A DNA stretch of 64,000 bases from Selaginella moellendorffii. Taxonomy: Eukaryota; Plantae; Lycopodiophyta. The notes beneath the pieces are model-generated. The model did no database searches. It was given only the letters and a program-made list of their open reading frames with translations, and was not told where the DNA came from. The stretch spans positions 186,001-250,000 of the forward strand of contig NW_003314370.1 of assembly GCF_000143415.4 (NCBI RefSeq). The letters run 5' to 3'. The stretch's first letter is position 1. Each line of letters starts with the position of its first letter. Both the position numbers and the translations under genes were made by a program. Positions 22,669-34,287 of the stretch are shown here, piece by piece.

Positions 22669-23860
22669 TTGTTTTCGTATGCCCTTAATCTTTGCCTGGA
22701 GCCGGAAGAGCTCATCCATCTCCTCCTCACCTGCACATCCCTGCGATTGGTCGATGGTGGTAGGAAGCTCCACGCCCATATCTCCCGTCTGGGCCGCCTT
22801 GAAAGGGATGGGCGTCTCGCGAGTCACCTCATCGACATGTATGGCAAGTGCGGGCATTTGGACGATGCCAACCAAAGCCTTGACGCGAGTAAGGGGAGCT
22901 CTCTCTCGTGGAGCGCGCTCATCACGGCTCACGGCTCATGTGGATCGATCGGAGGGGCTGTTGGCCTGCTGGACGACATGGAGGACAGGGAATTCTCCCG
23001 GATCAAACCGCCCTCTTGACAGCGCTCAATCTTTGCTCCACACACGGCGCTCTCGCAGGGGGCATTGTGGTACACAAAATAATAGCGGATCCTGGGCTGG
23101 AGAAGAATGTGATAATCTCAAATGCGATTATCAACATGTATGGAAAATGCGGCAAAATCGACCAATCCAGAGCTTTCTTTGATAGAATGTATTTGCGAGA
23201 CACAGTGTCTTGGAACACAATTGTTTCAGCATATGCCCAAAATGGGCATCAGTCGGATGCAGTGAAAATGCTCTTTGTCATGCAGCTCGAGGGTGTCAAG
23301 ATTGGAAAAATCGGATTCGTTACACTCCTCAAGGCTTGCTACGACCCAATGTTCCTGCAGACCGGCAGACTCATTCACTCTTGTCTTGCGGAGGATGGTC
23401 TCCATGAGACGGACGTCACCACCGGAACGAGCCTCGTTCATATGTATGCAAAGTGTGGCAGCCTTGCGGAAGCGCGAGAGATTTTTTAGCGGATGAGCTG
23501 CAAGAACAGAGCCACGGGAGCGAGCTCTCACGCTCTTCCGAGTGATGCAAATGGGATCCGGCACCATGCCAAACTCCATCAACTTCGTCAGCGTCCTCTC
23601 GGCGTGTAGCCACGCCGGGCTCTAGGACGCTCACTGCAGCTTTGTGTCGATGAGGAGCGACTATGGGATCGCCCCCGCTGCGAAGTACTACGTGTGCATG
23701 GTCGATCTTCTCGGGCGATCGAGGAGATGGTACGTTTCGTAGGAAGCTCTCCAGTGGAGGGCGATGCCGTGGTGTGGAGGGCCGTGCTGGCGGCTTGCAG
23801 AAGCCTCAGCAAAGTTGAGATTGGGAACCGAGCTGTTAAGCGGACTCGTGATTTAGAAAA
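22669..23860 (+). pseudogene. PLS/E-class PPR pseudogene
   Basis: LIDMYGKCGHLDDA, NMYGKCGKIDQS..DTVSWNTIVSAYAQNG, HMYAKCGSLAEAREIF*, DAVVWRAVLAACR, split across frames with stops. Confidence 0.85.
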
Positions 23861-24949
23861 AAAGCGGAAAAGAGAAGATAAGCGAAGCAATCCTGACATA
23901 CCCGGTATGAGAACGTCTGAGTTCCAACGTACGTAGAAGAGTTCCACTTCTTCTTTTGCACGAGCATCCAGCTCTCTCTTGAATTTAGTGCTATCGGGCC
24001 GTAAGTTTGGATCTGCAAACAGCGTCAAGTCAGCGTGATCTTTCAACACAGTGCAACAAGACGAAACAAGTCATATCGTCTTCTATTTCAATACCAGGAT
24101 ATTTGAGATCATCCTTGAGACTTGTCAGTTGACTGATCGCTGGGTCCGCTCCTTCTGCATCCATGCTGGACGCGAGCAAAAAAACGCCAAGATCTAAGGT
24201 CTCGAGAACAAAAGTACGATGACTCACCTCAATCTCACGCTACGAAGCTCACAGTTCGCAAACCTAAATCGCACAAGTGTAAGTACCAAGCAAATCTAGC
24301 ATCCAAACACGCCGCTTACACTGTCTTGTTCACAGCTTCGAGAAGAACAAAGGAAGCAAGCTGGAAGCATTCACCAGAATTGCTCCAGCTTCTCTTTTTG
24401 TTGCTTGATGGTCACCCATAGTTGCACCAGCACAGCAAGCTCCATGAGCAGCAAAGATCCTACAATCGGACGAATCCTGAGGAGCTTTACACTCAAGTCC
24501 ATGTCAGTAGAGAGACAAGACCAGCCTTATTTTGTTGCCCGCATGAAGCGCAGATCTTGAAACGGTGACCCTCTGGGCAGGACACGAAGGCACCCAGCAT
24601 TGGACACAGCACAGCCGCTTCCAGCAGCAGGATCCGCCATATTCGAGATTTAGGGTTCTTCAGGGATGGCTGCGGAGCGACGAGCGCTGCTACCGCTTCT
24701 CATTCTCATTCGTATTCGGGGCTCTAATCGGACCCCGTACTTCTTCACTTAAAAGCGCCATCGTTGGGGCGGGCGGAGCAATAGCTTGAAGCCGGCTGGT
24801 CTGGGATACAGTTTATTTGAGCAGCAGCGTCTGGGCTGAGGTTCGATTTCATCCAATTGTTTGGATAGGTTTGTAACTTGACTTTCGATTTTCTCCAGGA
24901 TCAAGATGCCTGAGAGTCGCTTGGCATCTCTATGTTCGCAGCAATCAAC

Positions 24950-25835
24950 AGTGAGTTCGAACCGGTTCGTGAGGCAAAGGCCAAGACTTGTTGTTTAAGG
25001 CGTTCTCGAACCAGCCGGATCCACAGAGCTGTGACAGCTAGTGCTGGACAAAGGAATGGAGCATCTGGTGCATTGTCAATCCATACTTCGCCGCAGCGGA
25101 AGAATCTCAATTGAGGCTATGGTGTTCCAGCTCCCCAGTTAACCATGTACATACCCCTATAAATTCTCTCTCCTGATCTTGTTCCAGGGTACTGCAGCTG
25201 GCGGCACGCCTGAGGTTGTTGCGGATAGAACCACCGGATTGCTTAGCCCGGTTGGGAAAGAAGGTGTTTCAGCTTCAAATGGCACAGTTAGAAACGAGCA
25301 TGGCCGGCAACGGTTCCTCGTATTGCAAATGCACTGAGACAGATATTACAGCAGCAGCAGTGAGCACATTTGGCTTCTGCTTCTCGAGCATCACGGACAT
25401 ATTAGTGCTGGGCCAGCATGTTTGTACAGGAGGCGGGTAGGGTCTCCCAGGCATAGATATCCTTTGGGAACAAACAGAAGTCGTGTTGTACCGAACAGAT
25501 CGAGCATGCAGAACTAATTCGGTTGAATGTGGATGTCGGCTGTCATACTTTGGAAGGTTTCTCAGGCGGCTGCAACAGGCGCACAAAGACCATAGCATCC
25601 TTCCCTTGGAAGATTAATATAGCTTTCTGCTTATGCCCAGCCAGGGCATAGCATGAGAATGGTCTAGGAAGAGGTTACGAGCCAGCATGGCTCGGTTGGC
25701 TTCAGCCATATGTATGCTGCCAGCATTGCATTTGCACTCTACATTTTCCGTAACTTGCTTGCTCTGAGCGTAGCCACCTGACATGCTGCATTGTCGAATT
25801 CTCCGCAGCGATTCACATACAGAGTTTCCATTATT
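24950..25835 (-). pseudogene. highly degenerate PPR remnant
   Basis: Scattered minus-strand motifs LYVNRCGEFDNA, NAMLAAY, KQKPNVLT, ICLSAFA and SWNTIA in shifting frames. Confidence 0.5.
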
Positions 25836-25991
25836 TTTATCTGCAACCAAGTTTCCAGGTTCGTTTTGATGATTTGAATTTTTGGAGAGAGCGTGACCAA
25901 GGTATAATCAAGGAAATTTATCTAGGACAGCTTATATACTTATTAACTTCACACGTTTCCTTATGGAATTAATACCACACCATATACGCAA

Positions 25992-26882
25992 TTAGTGTTT
26001 CGGTTTTGGACGCGGAGGTTCATCAGATCCATCGATTGCACATGGTGTAGCCTGGCTCATGCTGAGGTCGTGCCAAACTTGGAGGTACGGGAACAGCCCG
26101 AGTACACGGGCACGCTCACTCTCCATCAAAGCGCGAAACACAGACCTGTATAAACAAAAGCATATATAGAACGCGTACAAACAGCGGGAGATTCACCTGA
26201 TAAACACCATCACGGGCATGGTGTTGATGGGAACACTTAAGCCAGCGATGCTGTCATGGTCCGTCACTATGGCTCCCAGACGTGGAGTCTGTCCGAAAGG
26301 TCCTTCACTGCTACTACTTGCACCTCCAGCTTTGAGACAGTTTACACATCGTTTGACGCACACGACATTAGATTCGCCTTTCTTCTTCTGGTGCTTCTGC
26401 ACGGCGTAAGTTGTATCAGCCGACTCATTCACTCGTGCCAGCTTCTCGAACACAGCATGCTCCGCACAGTTCTCGAAGTCGCGGCCCTTACTGGGCTTGG
26501 CCTCTTTATCCTCGTCGAGAAGTGCCAAGTGGAGCCTGGAATGGGTGTCATCATCAAAAGCTGAGACTTGAACTCCCAGCCTCTTCTCCACATCCTTGAT
26601 GCTTACTGGATTTGGTCTACCCCCTGCCATGTCCATCCTCAAACGAACGTTAGCACCCACAACTCTTGTTCCTTGTTCCGTGACTCCACAGCACAGCACA
26701 TCGCTCACTTGCCCCTTCTTTGCATGCTCAATAGGAGCCTGGCGAACCAACATCCCCAAGTGCAAAATGCGCAGGAAATGGATGAATGCGTCCCCATCGC
26801 TGAGACCTGGAATACCTTGCAATGCCTTCCACAGCTTTTGAGCATCGGCAAGGTTCACCTGCTCAGAATCCTTTGAGGCCAT
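25992..26882 (-). CDS. orphan protein with cytidine-deaminase-superfamily zinc motif (279 aa, 2 coding exons)
   Basis: GCCATGG start at 26882. A 51-nt GT-AG intron (26146-26196) joins the exons in frame. Motifs VLCCGVTEQGTRVVGANV, NCAEHAVF and KRCVNC. Confidence 0.7.
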
Positions 26883-28383
26883 GGCTTTTTGAGAAACGCC
26901 GTCCTGCTGAAGGTTATTTATCACATGACTAGCCGGCGATTGTACAGGGAGGGAGAAAAATAAAAAGAAATGTCTCATGCACAAATTGACGTTCCATCAG
27001 ACAGCTTGAAGTTGTGACGGCGATTGAGACCTCCAACTTGTCAGTCTATGATCTACTTCTTTAGTTCAGCGTCTCTGACTGTCCGGAAAGGTCGAGTGCT
27101 ACGATGCTCCACTCAGTTTTGTGCCAATGTCACATCATTCAACAACAAAAATTTTTTTTTAACTCATGTGCTTGCCCTAGTCCTCAATGTGAGCTGTTTG
27201 ACCGCAATGCTTAGCATGAGTGATCTAGCTTAAAGTTCATCAGATTTTGGAGAGGCGAAGACGGAACCTTTCTCCCCTTAAACGCACCTCTAAATCTTGA
27301 AATGCTGATCGACAAATTTCTAGTATCTGTTTTTGCTTGTGAATCTAATGCTCACTCTTTGAAGCTTGCACTTCTCCTCACACACACACACACATATATA
27401 TGGTCTAGCTTTTCTTTTCGTTGCTGGCCAAGATCAGCACAAAAGAGAAGAAATCTTCAGGTATGGCTGTACTCTTCAGTATTTTGTTTCTTTATTCCTT
27501 CACTACGATCTGCTCATATCTATCTGTAGGCAGCAGGGGGAAAACCACTGCTTGGATGTTGGACATTAGTTTTGGGACTGGGTTGCTCCAAGCATCACTC
27601 TATACTATGGCGCTCGATTGAGGTTTGGCCATGGCACTAGATGCAGAGCTCTAGACTATGGCGAGGAAGAGACGGACATTTTTCCATTCCATCTCAGTTA
27701 GAAACCACATGCCTAATCATCTAGAATAGAATTGGAACAACTCCTGGTCATTTCAGAAATAGAGGCAACGAGAGTCAATAGCTATCTCAATCGATTTCAC
27801 CAGAGTAGCCAGACCTGGAGACCATCCCAGTTAAGGAGATAATGCTACACTGAGACCGTTGGCCCCAAGGATAGAATTGAGTTTTGTCACCCATATCACA
27901 AATTAAGTTTCAGTGCGCCTGAAAGGTTTTGGATTCAGGCAGAGTTTCGAGATCAAGGATCTGAGCTTGCATCACCATGCTTACATCGGAATTTAAATAG
28001 AATCAAAACACCGTGTACCTGAGAGTTCAAGGGTCGGGATGAGAAACGTCTGGACTGCCCTCCACGACCTCAGATGTCAGACTCCAGTTGCTTTAGAACG
28101 CACTGAATTTACGTGAAGAGCTGCATCAAACTTAAACGTTGGTTAAGTATTACCTGAAAGCTATTTGAACACGTATTAAATTAAAGAAGAGCAGGCGAAG
28201 TAGGTACTGACTGCTTGACTAGTGATCAAACATGTTGTTATAAGCTTTCAAAGGTTACTGGCCAATTGCAAGGCTATGGCGAGGAAGAGATGAAGCTATT
28301 GTTCCATATTTACAGAGGGTGTGAATCCACACACACATATGCTATTAATTGAAAGAGGTTGTTTTCTTCTTTTTTTCTGGCTG

Positions 28384-31300
28384 TGTGAAGTGTACAATTA
28401 CAATGCCATATATTAATATTAGCATAGTGGGATTTTGGTAGCTGTCGGATTGGTTTCAATCCGGACCACTCATTCTTGTATATAAGTTGAGGTTTTTGGG
28501 ATAATTAGTATGCACATTTTCTATACATATTTCAAGCACTCACATTAGTGGAGTTGAAAGGCATCCTTTGATTGTCTCTAAAAAGAGTGCTTAGATTTAG
28601 GATTTTGGTTTATCTAGCTTTTGCATCGTCTAGATTTAACTTTTTCCATTTTCTTTCTTTTGTTTTTTCCTTTTAGGATTTTGGTTTAGATTTAGCTTTT
28701 GCATTGTTTAAATCTACCATTTCCTTCTAGCTTTTTGTCATTTCTCTTCTTTTGCTCTTTTTTTTTTGTTCATCTTCATGACACATTAGCAATCTCCTCC
28801 TTTGACTCTGGAGCAGCAGTTGGTACAATTGCTTGATGCTATACACTTGCAATTGAACAACCAAACTCAATTGATGGCAGTGTTCATGGCATGTGGTACA
28901 ACTCTTCCTGCTCTTGGTGCCAATCCTCGCGTTCGGCCCGAGTTCTTTCACGGGAATCCTGGGGATGATGTGTACCTTTGGTTCTATCACTTCATGGTGG
29001 TTGCCACATATCATTCTTAGGATGATGCTCGACGTTTGCGTGAGTTTCTCACATGTCTCTAAGGGACAGCATTGCAGTGGTAGAATGGTTTGAGCGCAAC
29101 CACTCGTGGGGATTAGAGTGTTCTCCCGGACGTCTTCAAACGTGCCTTCGGACATGCCGACGATTGTGATGATGCTTTCCAACAATTGCATTGTCTTCGC
29201 TAAAGGCCATCTGAGTCGGTGATGCAATTTAGTGTTCGTTTTCGAAGTCTTTTGTTTTGTGCAGAGCCAAATATGTCGGAGCGGATCAAGCTAGGAATGT
29301 TGTGGCTAGCACTTCATCAAGATTTTGTTAGACTTATGCATGTAATTGCTCCCGCCACCCTTGACGATGCTCTTCACTTGGCACAACGTTATAAGACATC
29401 GCCTCTTCCACTTCTCGTTGAGTGTGAGGACGTGGTCGTGGCTATGATGTTCACTGTTGGGCGTGTGATGAAATTAGTTATACTTATTGACCTTGTCAGC
29501 GTTTTCCAGATTGGCAACCTCCATTTCCTGGGTGGAGACCTTGGTGTCAGCAACGTCCCATTGGTGCTGCTGCAGTGGAAGGTTTGGACATCGAGTGCAT
29601 CTGGGAAACGAGGAGTTACACAAATAATGGAAGGACTTTGTGCGAATAAGTCAGTGACCCCCTTTTTTTTTTTTGGGAGTATTATCAAGGGGTTCACTCG
29701 GCACCGGTTCATCTAGTGTTTACTTTCCAAGCTCATTTTTATAACAAGAGGTTTTCTATTATTCTCTCTGTGTTAGTTGATATAGGTTTGAGTTTATCTT
29801 CTATTGCTCGACTTGTTGCCACACGTTGCCGTCTACACTTGTGTTATAGGGTGGAACCAGTTTTTATTCTTTATGGCAATGGCCGTATATATATATATGC
29901 ACGGGATGAGGCAAACTTAGTTGTGCATGTGAGCGATTTTGAGCTTGAGTTGCAGTCATTGCGGGTAGTGCTGAGTCAAGCTTTTGACCTTATTCTTGAT
30001 ATGGATTGGTTGCAGCGCAATCATGCCAAGTGTGACTTTGAAGCTTCTCCCCCTTATTTCATACTTCATTATGTTTCATCCATTCCTCTCATTTCCGTAC
30101 CTCTTTGTCCCTTTACTTCTACCTCTGCTTCAATTACTTTTGTTCCCCCATTATTTCCTCCTATGTTTCCGTCTTGTTCTGCTCTTCCATTTTCCGATCC
30201 CTTCGACAATCTTTGTGTTGCAGTGGTTGACTGGCTCATAAAAGAGTATTCTGATCTTTTTGAATTTGACCTATCGTCTAGGGCCAAGATTGCCACACGT
30301 CATTCGATTCCAACCGGGGATGCTTGTCCAATCAAGGTTCCTATTCGTCGTCGGTCACCCAAAGAGATTAAGATTTTATGTGCAAATGTCAAGGAGATGT
30401 TGGAGAAGGGTGTTATGCGGAAGTCGTGGAGTCCTTAGGCATGTGAATCTCATCTTGTGACAAAGCCTGATGGGAGTATTCATTTTTGCATCGATTATGG
30501 TCTGTTAAACGAAGTGACAATCCCAGATGTGTACCCTCTTTCGCACATTGCTAATCTCTTGGATTGTCTGGGGTGAAATTGTTAATTCACCAAGCTAGAT
30601 CTTGCTTCTGGGTATTGGCAAGTACCGATAGCCGAAAAAAATATTCCTAAAACTGCTTTTTGTACACTATTTGGTTTGTACGTATTTTTGGTGATGCTGT
30701 TTGGTTTAAACAATGTTCTAGTAACTGTCAAACGGATGATGGACAAAATTCTTTGCGATATGCTGGAGGTGACTGCTGATTTCATTGATGATGTCTTGAT
30801 CCACTCGGAGGGGACGTGGGAGGAGCACATTTGTGATGTTTGTAAAGTGTTAAATTGGCTACATGACGTTAGTTTAAAGCTGAAGCGGTCGAAGTGTGTG
30901 TTTGGATCCAAGGACACAACTTATCTTAGGTACTGTATTTTTCGTGAGGGTTTCCAAGTTGATCCTAACAAACTTGTGGCTGTTCTAAAATTCCCTACTC
31001 TGAAGTGTGTGAATGATGTGTAGTGCTTCTTGGGCAAAGTGCAATATCTCGGTTGTTTTGTGGATCATCTTTCCAATCACATTGCACCGTTGCAAGCGTT
31101 GCTGAAGTCATCAACGTCATTTTTCATCTAGTCTTCTGATTATGAGCGGGCATTCGTGGATCTCAAAGAGCTATTGACGACTCCTCCAGTTTTGGCATAT
31201 CCTGACTACACTCAACTTTTTATTTTGCGCGTGGATGCTTCTGACATTGATCTTGGAGGTGTGTTAATGCAAGAGAGTTCGAGTGTGTCTGGTTAGCACC

Positions 31301-33216
31301 ATCCTATTGCATATATAAGCCATATATTACAACCAGCGGAGATGAACTACTCCACGATAAAGAAGGAGTGTTTAGCAGCAATCTAGGGTTTCGAGAAACT
31401 TCATGCATATCTATATGGTTCTCAGATGTTACTTGAAGGTGACCATGTTGCTGTTACTTCATTATTGAAGTGGAAGAACCTGGTTGGTCATACTGCTTGA
31501 TGGGCTTTTGTCGCGAATATGACTTCGGGTATCGAAAATTACCTATCAACTAGTCCTCACAGACACTCTTACCTTACTGCCACGATGGCAGGAGGTCGGT
31601 ATTGCTAGGCCCGTTATCAGTCTCCGCCTAAGCTAGTTGAGAAACTGGTCTTCGCGTGTGCACTTGACCAGATGAGCATAAGGAAGGAATTCCTAAGTGT
31701 CTATTTAGTCAAGCATACTTGACCTGGTTAGAGAAACTTATTCGTTGACTTGCACTTGCTAGTGTTGGGAACCCCCGCGATATTGAGCTTGGTCCCTCAA
31801 TATTCGCTAGATGATAGTTTACTGTGTCTGCCAAACACCCTCGCTATCATGCCCTTAGCGTTAGTCTCAATTCGGTCCTAAATGCTATTTATGGAAAGTG
31901 TCTAGATTCGCTCATTTAGCATATCTACGGAATGTAGAGATCGGCCTGAACACAATGGTGTTCGTCTCATGTCCAAATTCGTAATTTAGGGACATTCCAT
32001 ATTTAGTAAGTTTCGAGCTTGTCCCAAAGACTAACTCCTGATACTAAGGGAGGCTTGGGGTGAAAGCCCAAAGCATGTTTTCCTCAAGGGGGGGGGGGGC
32101 CGGGGGGGGGCTCCAAATGTATAGTAGGGATAGTGAGTAGGTTGGGCATGGCTAACTAACCTGAGGCATAGTCTAACTCCCGCTTGCGTGGCTGTCCTTG
32201 TTCTGCATCTGGCTTGGGTCTAAGCCTAAGTTCCACTCAATGCTAACTGGTGGAGTACCCATGTCCTTGCGTTAGGCCACTGGTATGCCGAAATAGCGCC
32301 AGACTCCGTTTGGCTTTGTTTTGCGTACTGGTCTTGGCATTGGGATAGGATAAAGGGTCAAAACCACGTGTGCTACAGCTTTGAAGCTTCAAATATATGA
32401 TTTTAATGTTGTTCATTGCCCAGGGAGTTCTATGGTTGATACTAATGCCTTTTCTCGAGCTCCTTTTCCTTCTCCACTCTCTTCTCATGTTTCTGACGAG
32501 CCTGTTGTTTCAGCATCTGTGGATTTTTTAAACGAGGATTTTGTGCCGTCGGCAGTTGCTGTGCTTAACATTCAGTGTCCACAAGGCACAAAGCAAGATT
32601 TACCTTCTCTTGATGAGGTTCGCGAGGCTTAGAAGATTGAGTCGTGGATTCGAAGGCTTCGATATATGTTTGAGAATCTTGCATCACTTGATAATGACTT
32701 GCTTTTCTAGCATTTACATTCTCAATATCGTCTTGAAGATGGCCTTCTTTATTTTGTGGGGACAGATTCTGATGATCATTTACGGCTGGTGGTGCCTTTT
32801 GTCTTTATTCCGCTGTTTCTTTATGCCTACCATGTTCTACGTGGGTATATAGGATATCGTCGTGTAACCGAGAAGCTATACAGGTCTTTCTATTGGCCGG
32901 AGATGCAACGTGATATTATCTAATATGTGCATAGCTGTGTTTGGTGCCAAGCTCGTAATACTCCCCCTCATGCTGTGGAAGGACGGTTAAAGTCAATTGC
33001 AGTTTCCCGTCCATTTGAGTTAGTGGCATTTGTTCTTATGAGACATTTTCTACGGTCGACTGTTGGCAATGAGTATGTTATTATTGCTTCTGACTACTTG
33101 ACTCATTGGGTGGAAGTTAGTGCTCTTGCTAGTGCCTTTGCAACTGTTGTTAGATACTTCCTTTTCAATTAAGTGGTATTTTAGCATTCTTGTCCAGAGC
33201 AGATTCTTTTGGATAA
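28384..33216 (+). mobile_element. second, 3'-truncated copy of the same Ty3/Gypsy family
   Basis: 5' LTR 28384-28544 and degenerate PBS TAGTGGAGTTGAAAGG. Collinear with 10512-14550 through gag-PR-RT-RH-IN. Similarity ends at ...ATTCTTTTGGATAA inside integrase. Confidence 0.93.
31509..32377 (-). mobile_element. solo LTR (869 bp) of a different family, nested in the Gypsy RNase H region
   Basis: TG...CA termini with 5-bp TSD GCTTT (31504-31508 and 32378-32382). Copy 1 has the uninterrupted TGGGCTTTGAAGCTTC. Reverse complement matches 61565-62222. Confidence 0.92.
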
Positions 33217-33584
33217 CTATTTTATAAAAGAGAACCATCTCCAACTCCACAACTCCATTCTTACTTTGCCGTTGCTAAGTTCATTTAGTGCTCATGTACG
33301 TGGAATTGCAACAGGCCTAGAGATCTTCAATATCTACTTGCTTGAAAGATCTATTGTGGTCCTAAACTCTCCAGGCCGAGACACCCCATTATCACATCGA
33401 AGACCCTTCAAGCATCCATGAAGCTTTGCAATTATGGATCAATTATACATGGAAGAGGTCCCCTAGCTCTAGAGGCCCTGGAAGCGCCAAGTGAAGCAAG
33501 TCTAAGAGTGCAGTGGTGGACAGGTCCACGGCCAAGGCAACCCAGCCGCGAATCAACAGTCATGGACAGTGCACTAGTTGTCTA

Positions 33585-33885
33585 TATGAATTGCTTGGCA
33601 TCACTTGGCCACCTCATCTCACTGAATCTCAGCAACAATTCACTCTCTGGCACAATCCTTGGATCGCTGGGTGATATTCCAATGCTATGGACGACCTTGA
33701 ATCTCATAGTTATGAACACGGCCGGGATCCTGGTTGTGTTCACTGTGTTTCATGAACACAGCCATGGGTCGTGTTCCCACGGCCATGTTCATGAACAGTA
33801 TATACTGTTACGAACATGGGCCATGATCCCGGCCGTGGTTGTCGGGATCACAGCTTGTGTTTGTAACAACAACTTAGGGCGCACG
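33585..33885 (+). pseudogene. leucine-rich-repeat (LRR-RLK/RLP-type) fragment interrupted by an insertion
   Basis: LASLGHLISLNLSNNSLSGTILGSLGDIPMLWTTLNL [insert] NNNLG fits the plant LxxLxxLxLxxNxLSGxIP consensus. Confidence 0.7.
33706..33868. mobile_element. MITE-like nested-palindrome insertion
   Basis: GAACACGGCC-like 10-mers in alternating orientation, a CACGGCCGGGATC/GATCCCGGCCGTG inverted pair and the palindrome AACAGTATATACTGTT. Confidence 0.55.
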
Positions 33886-34287
33886 CAACAATCTAGGGTG
33901 CACCTCCATCTCCTCCAAGCTCTTGATCTTGCTCACTGCCGCTGCCACTGCCAGTTCTTTCTCATGGAAGATTGCGATCGTGGCATTTGCCCTTGTTACT
34001 CTTTTTCTCGATGGCGAGCATCCAGTTATTTCTCTTGGCAGCTATCAATGCCGATCCGTTCGAGATCCATGCGCTAGCCGTTGCTGTGGCCTGGCCTGGC
34101 CTGGATCACTTGTGTCAAGCCTCATTTGGGGACATTCCTTTGAGATTCGACAGCGATTGAGAAGAATGGTTGGAGCTACACTAGCATTGGACTTTTCCCC
34201 ACTCTTGCTCGATGTCGTTCTCATGAGCAGCCTCCAACATCAACATCCCGAACTCGAATCGTGCCTTCCTTGGTTATAAAAGTGCTC

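Noticed and set aside
26193-26984. Calling the deaminase-like ORF a DYW domain or a PPR-DYW exon
   Set aside because: No PG box, HSE, CxDCH or terminal DYW. It lies upstream (5') of the PPR remnant on the same strand, not downstream, and has its own start and stop.
33418-34077. 219-aa ORF with a His-rich HEHSHGSCSHGHVHE segment resembling a metal transporter
   Set aside because: The His-rich part is the translation of the palindromic insertion; the ORF is a chance read-through of unrelated fragments.
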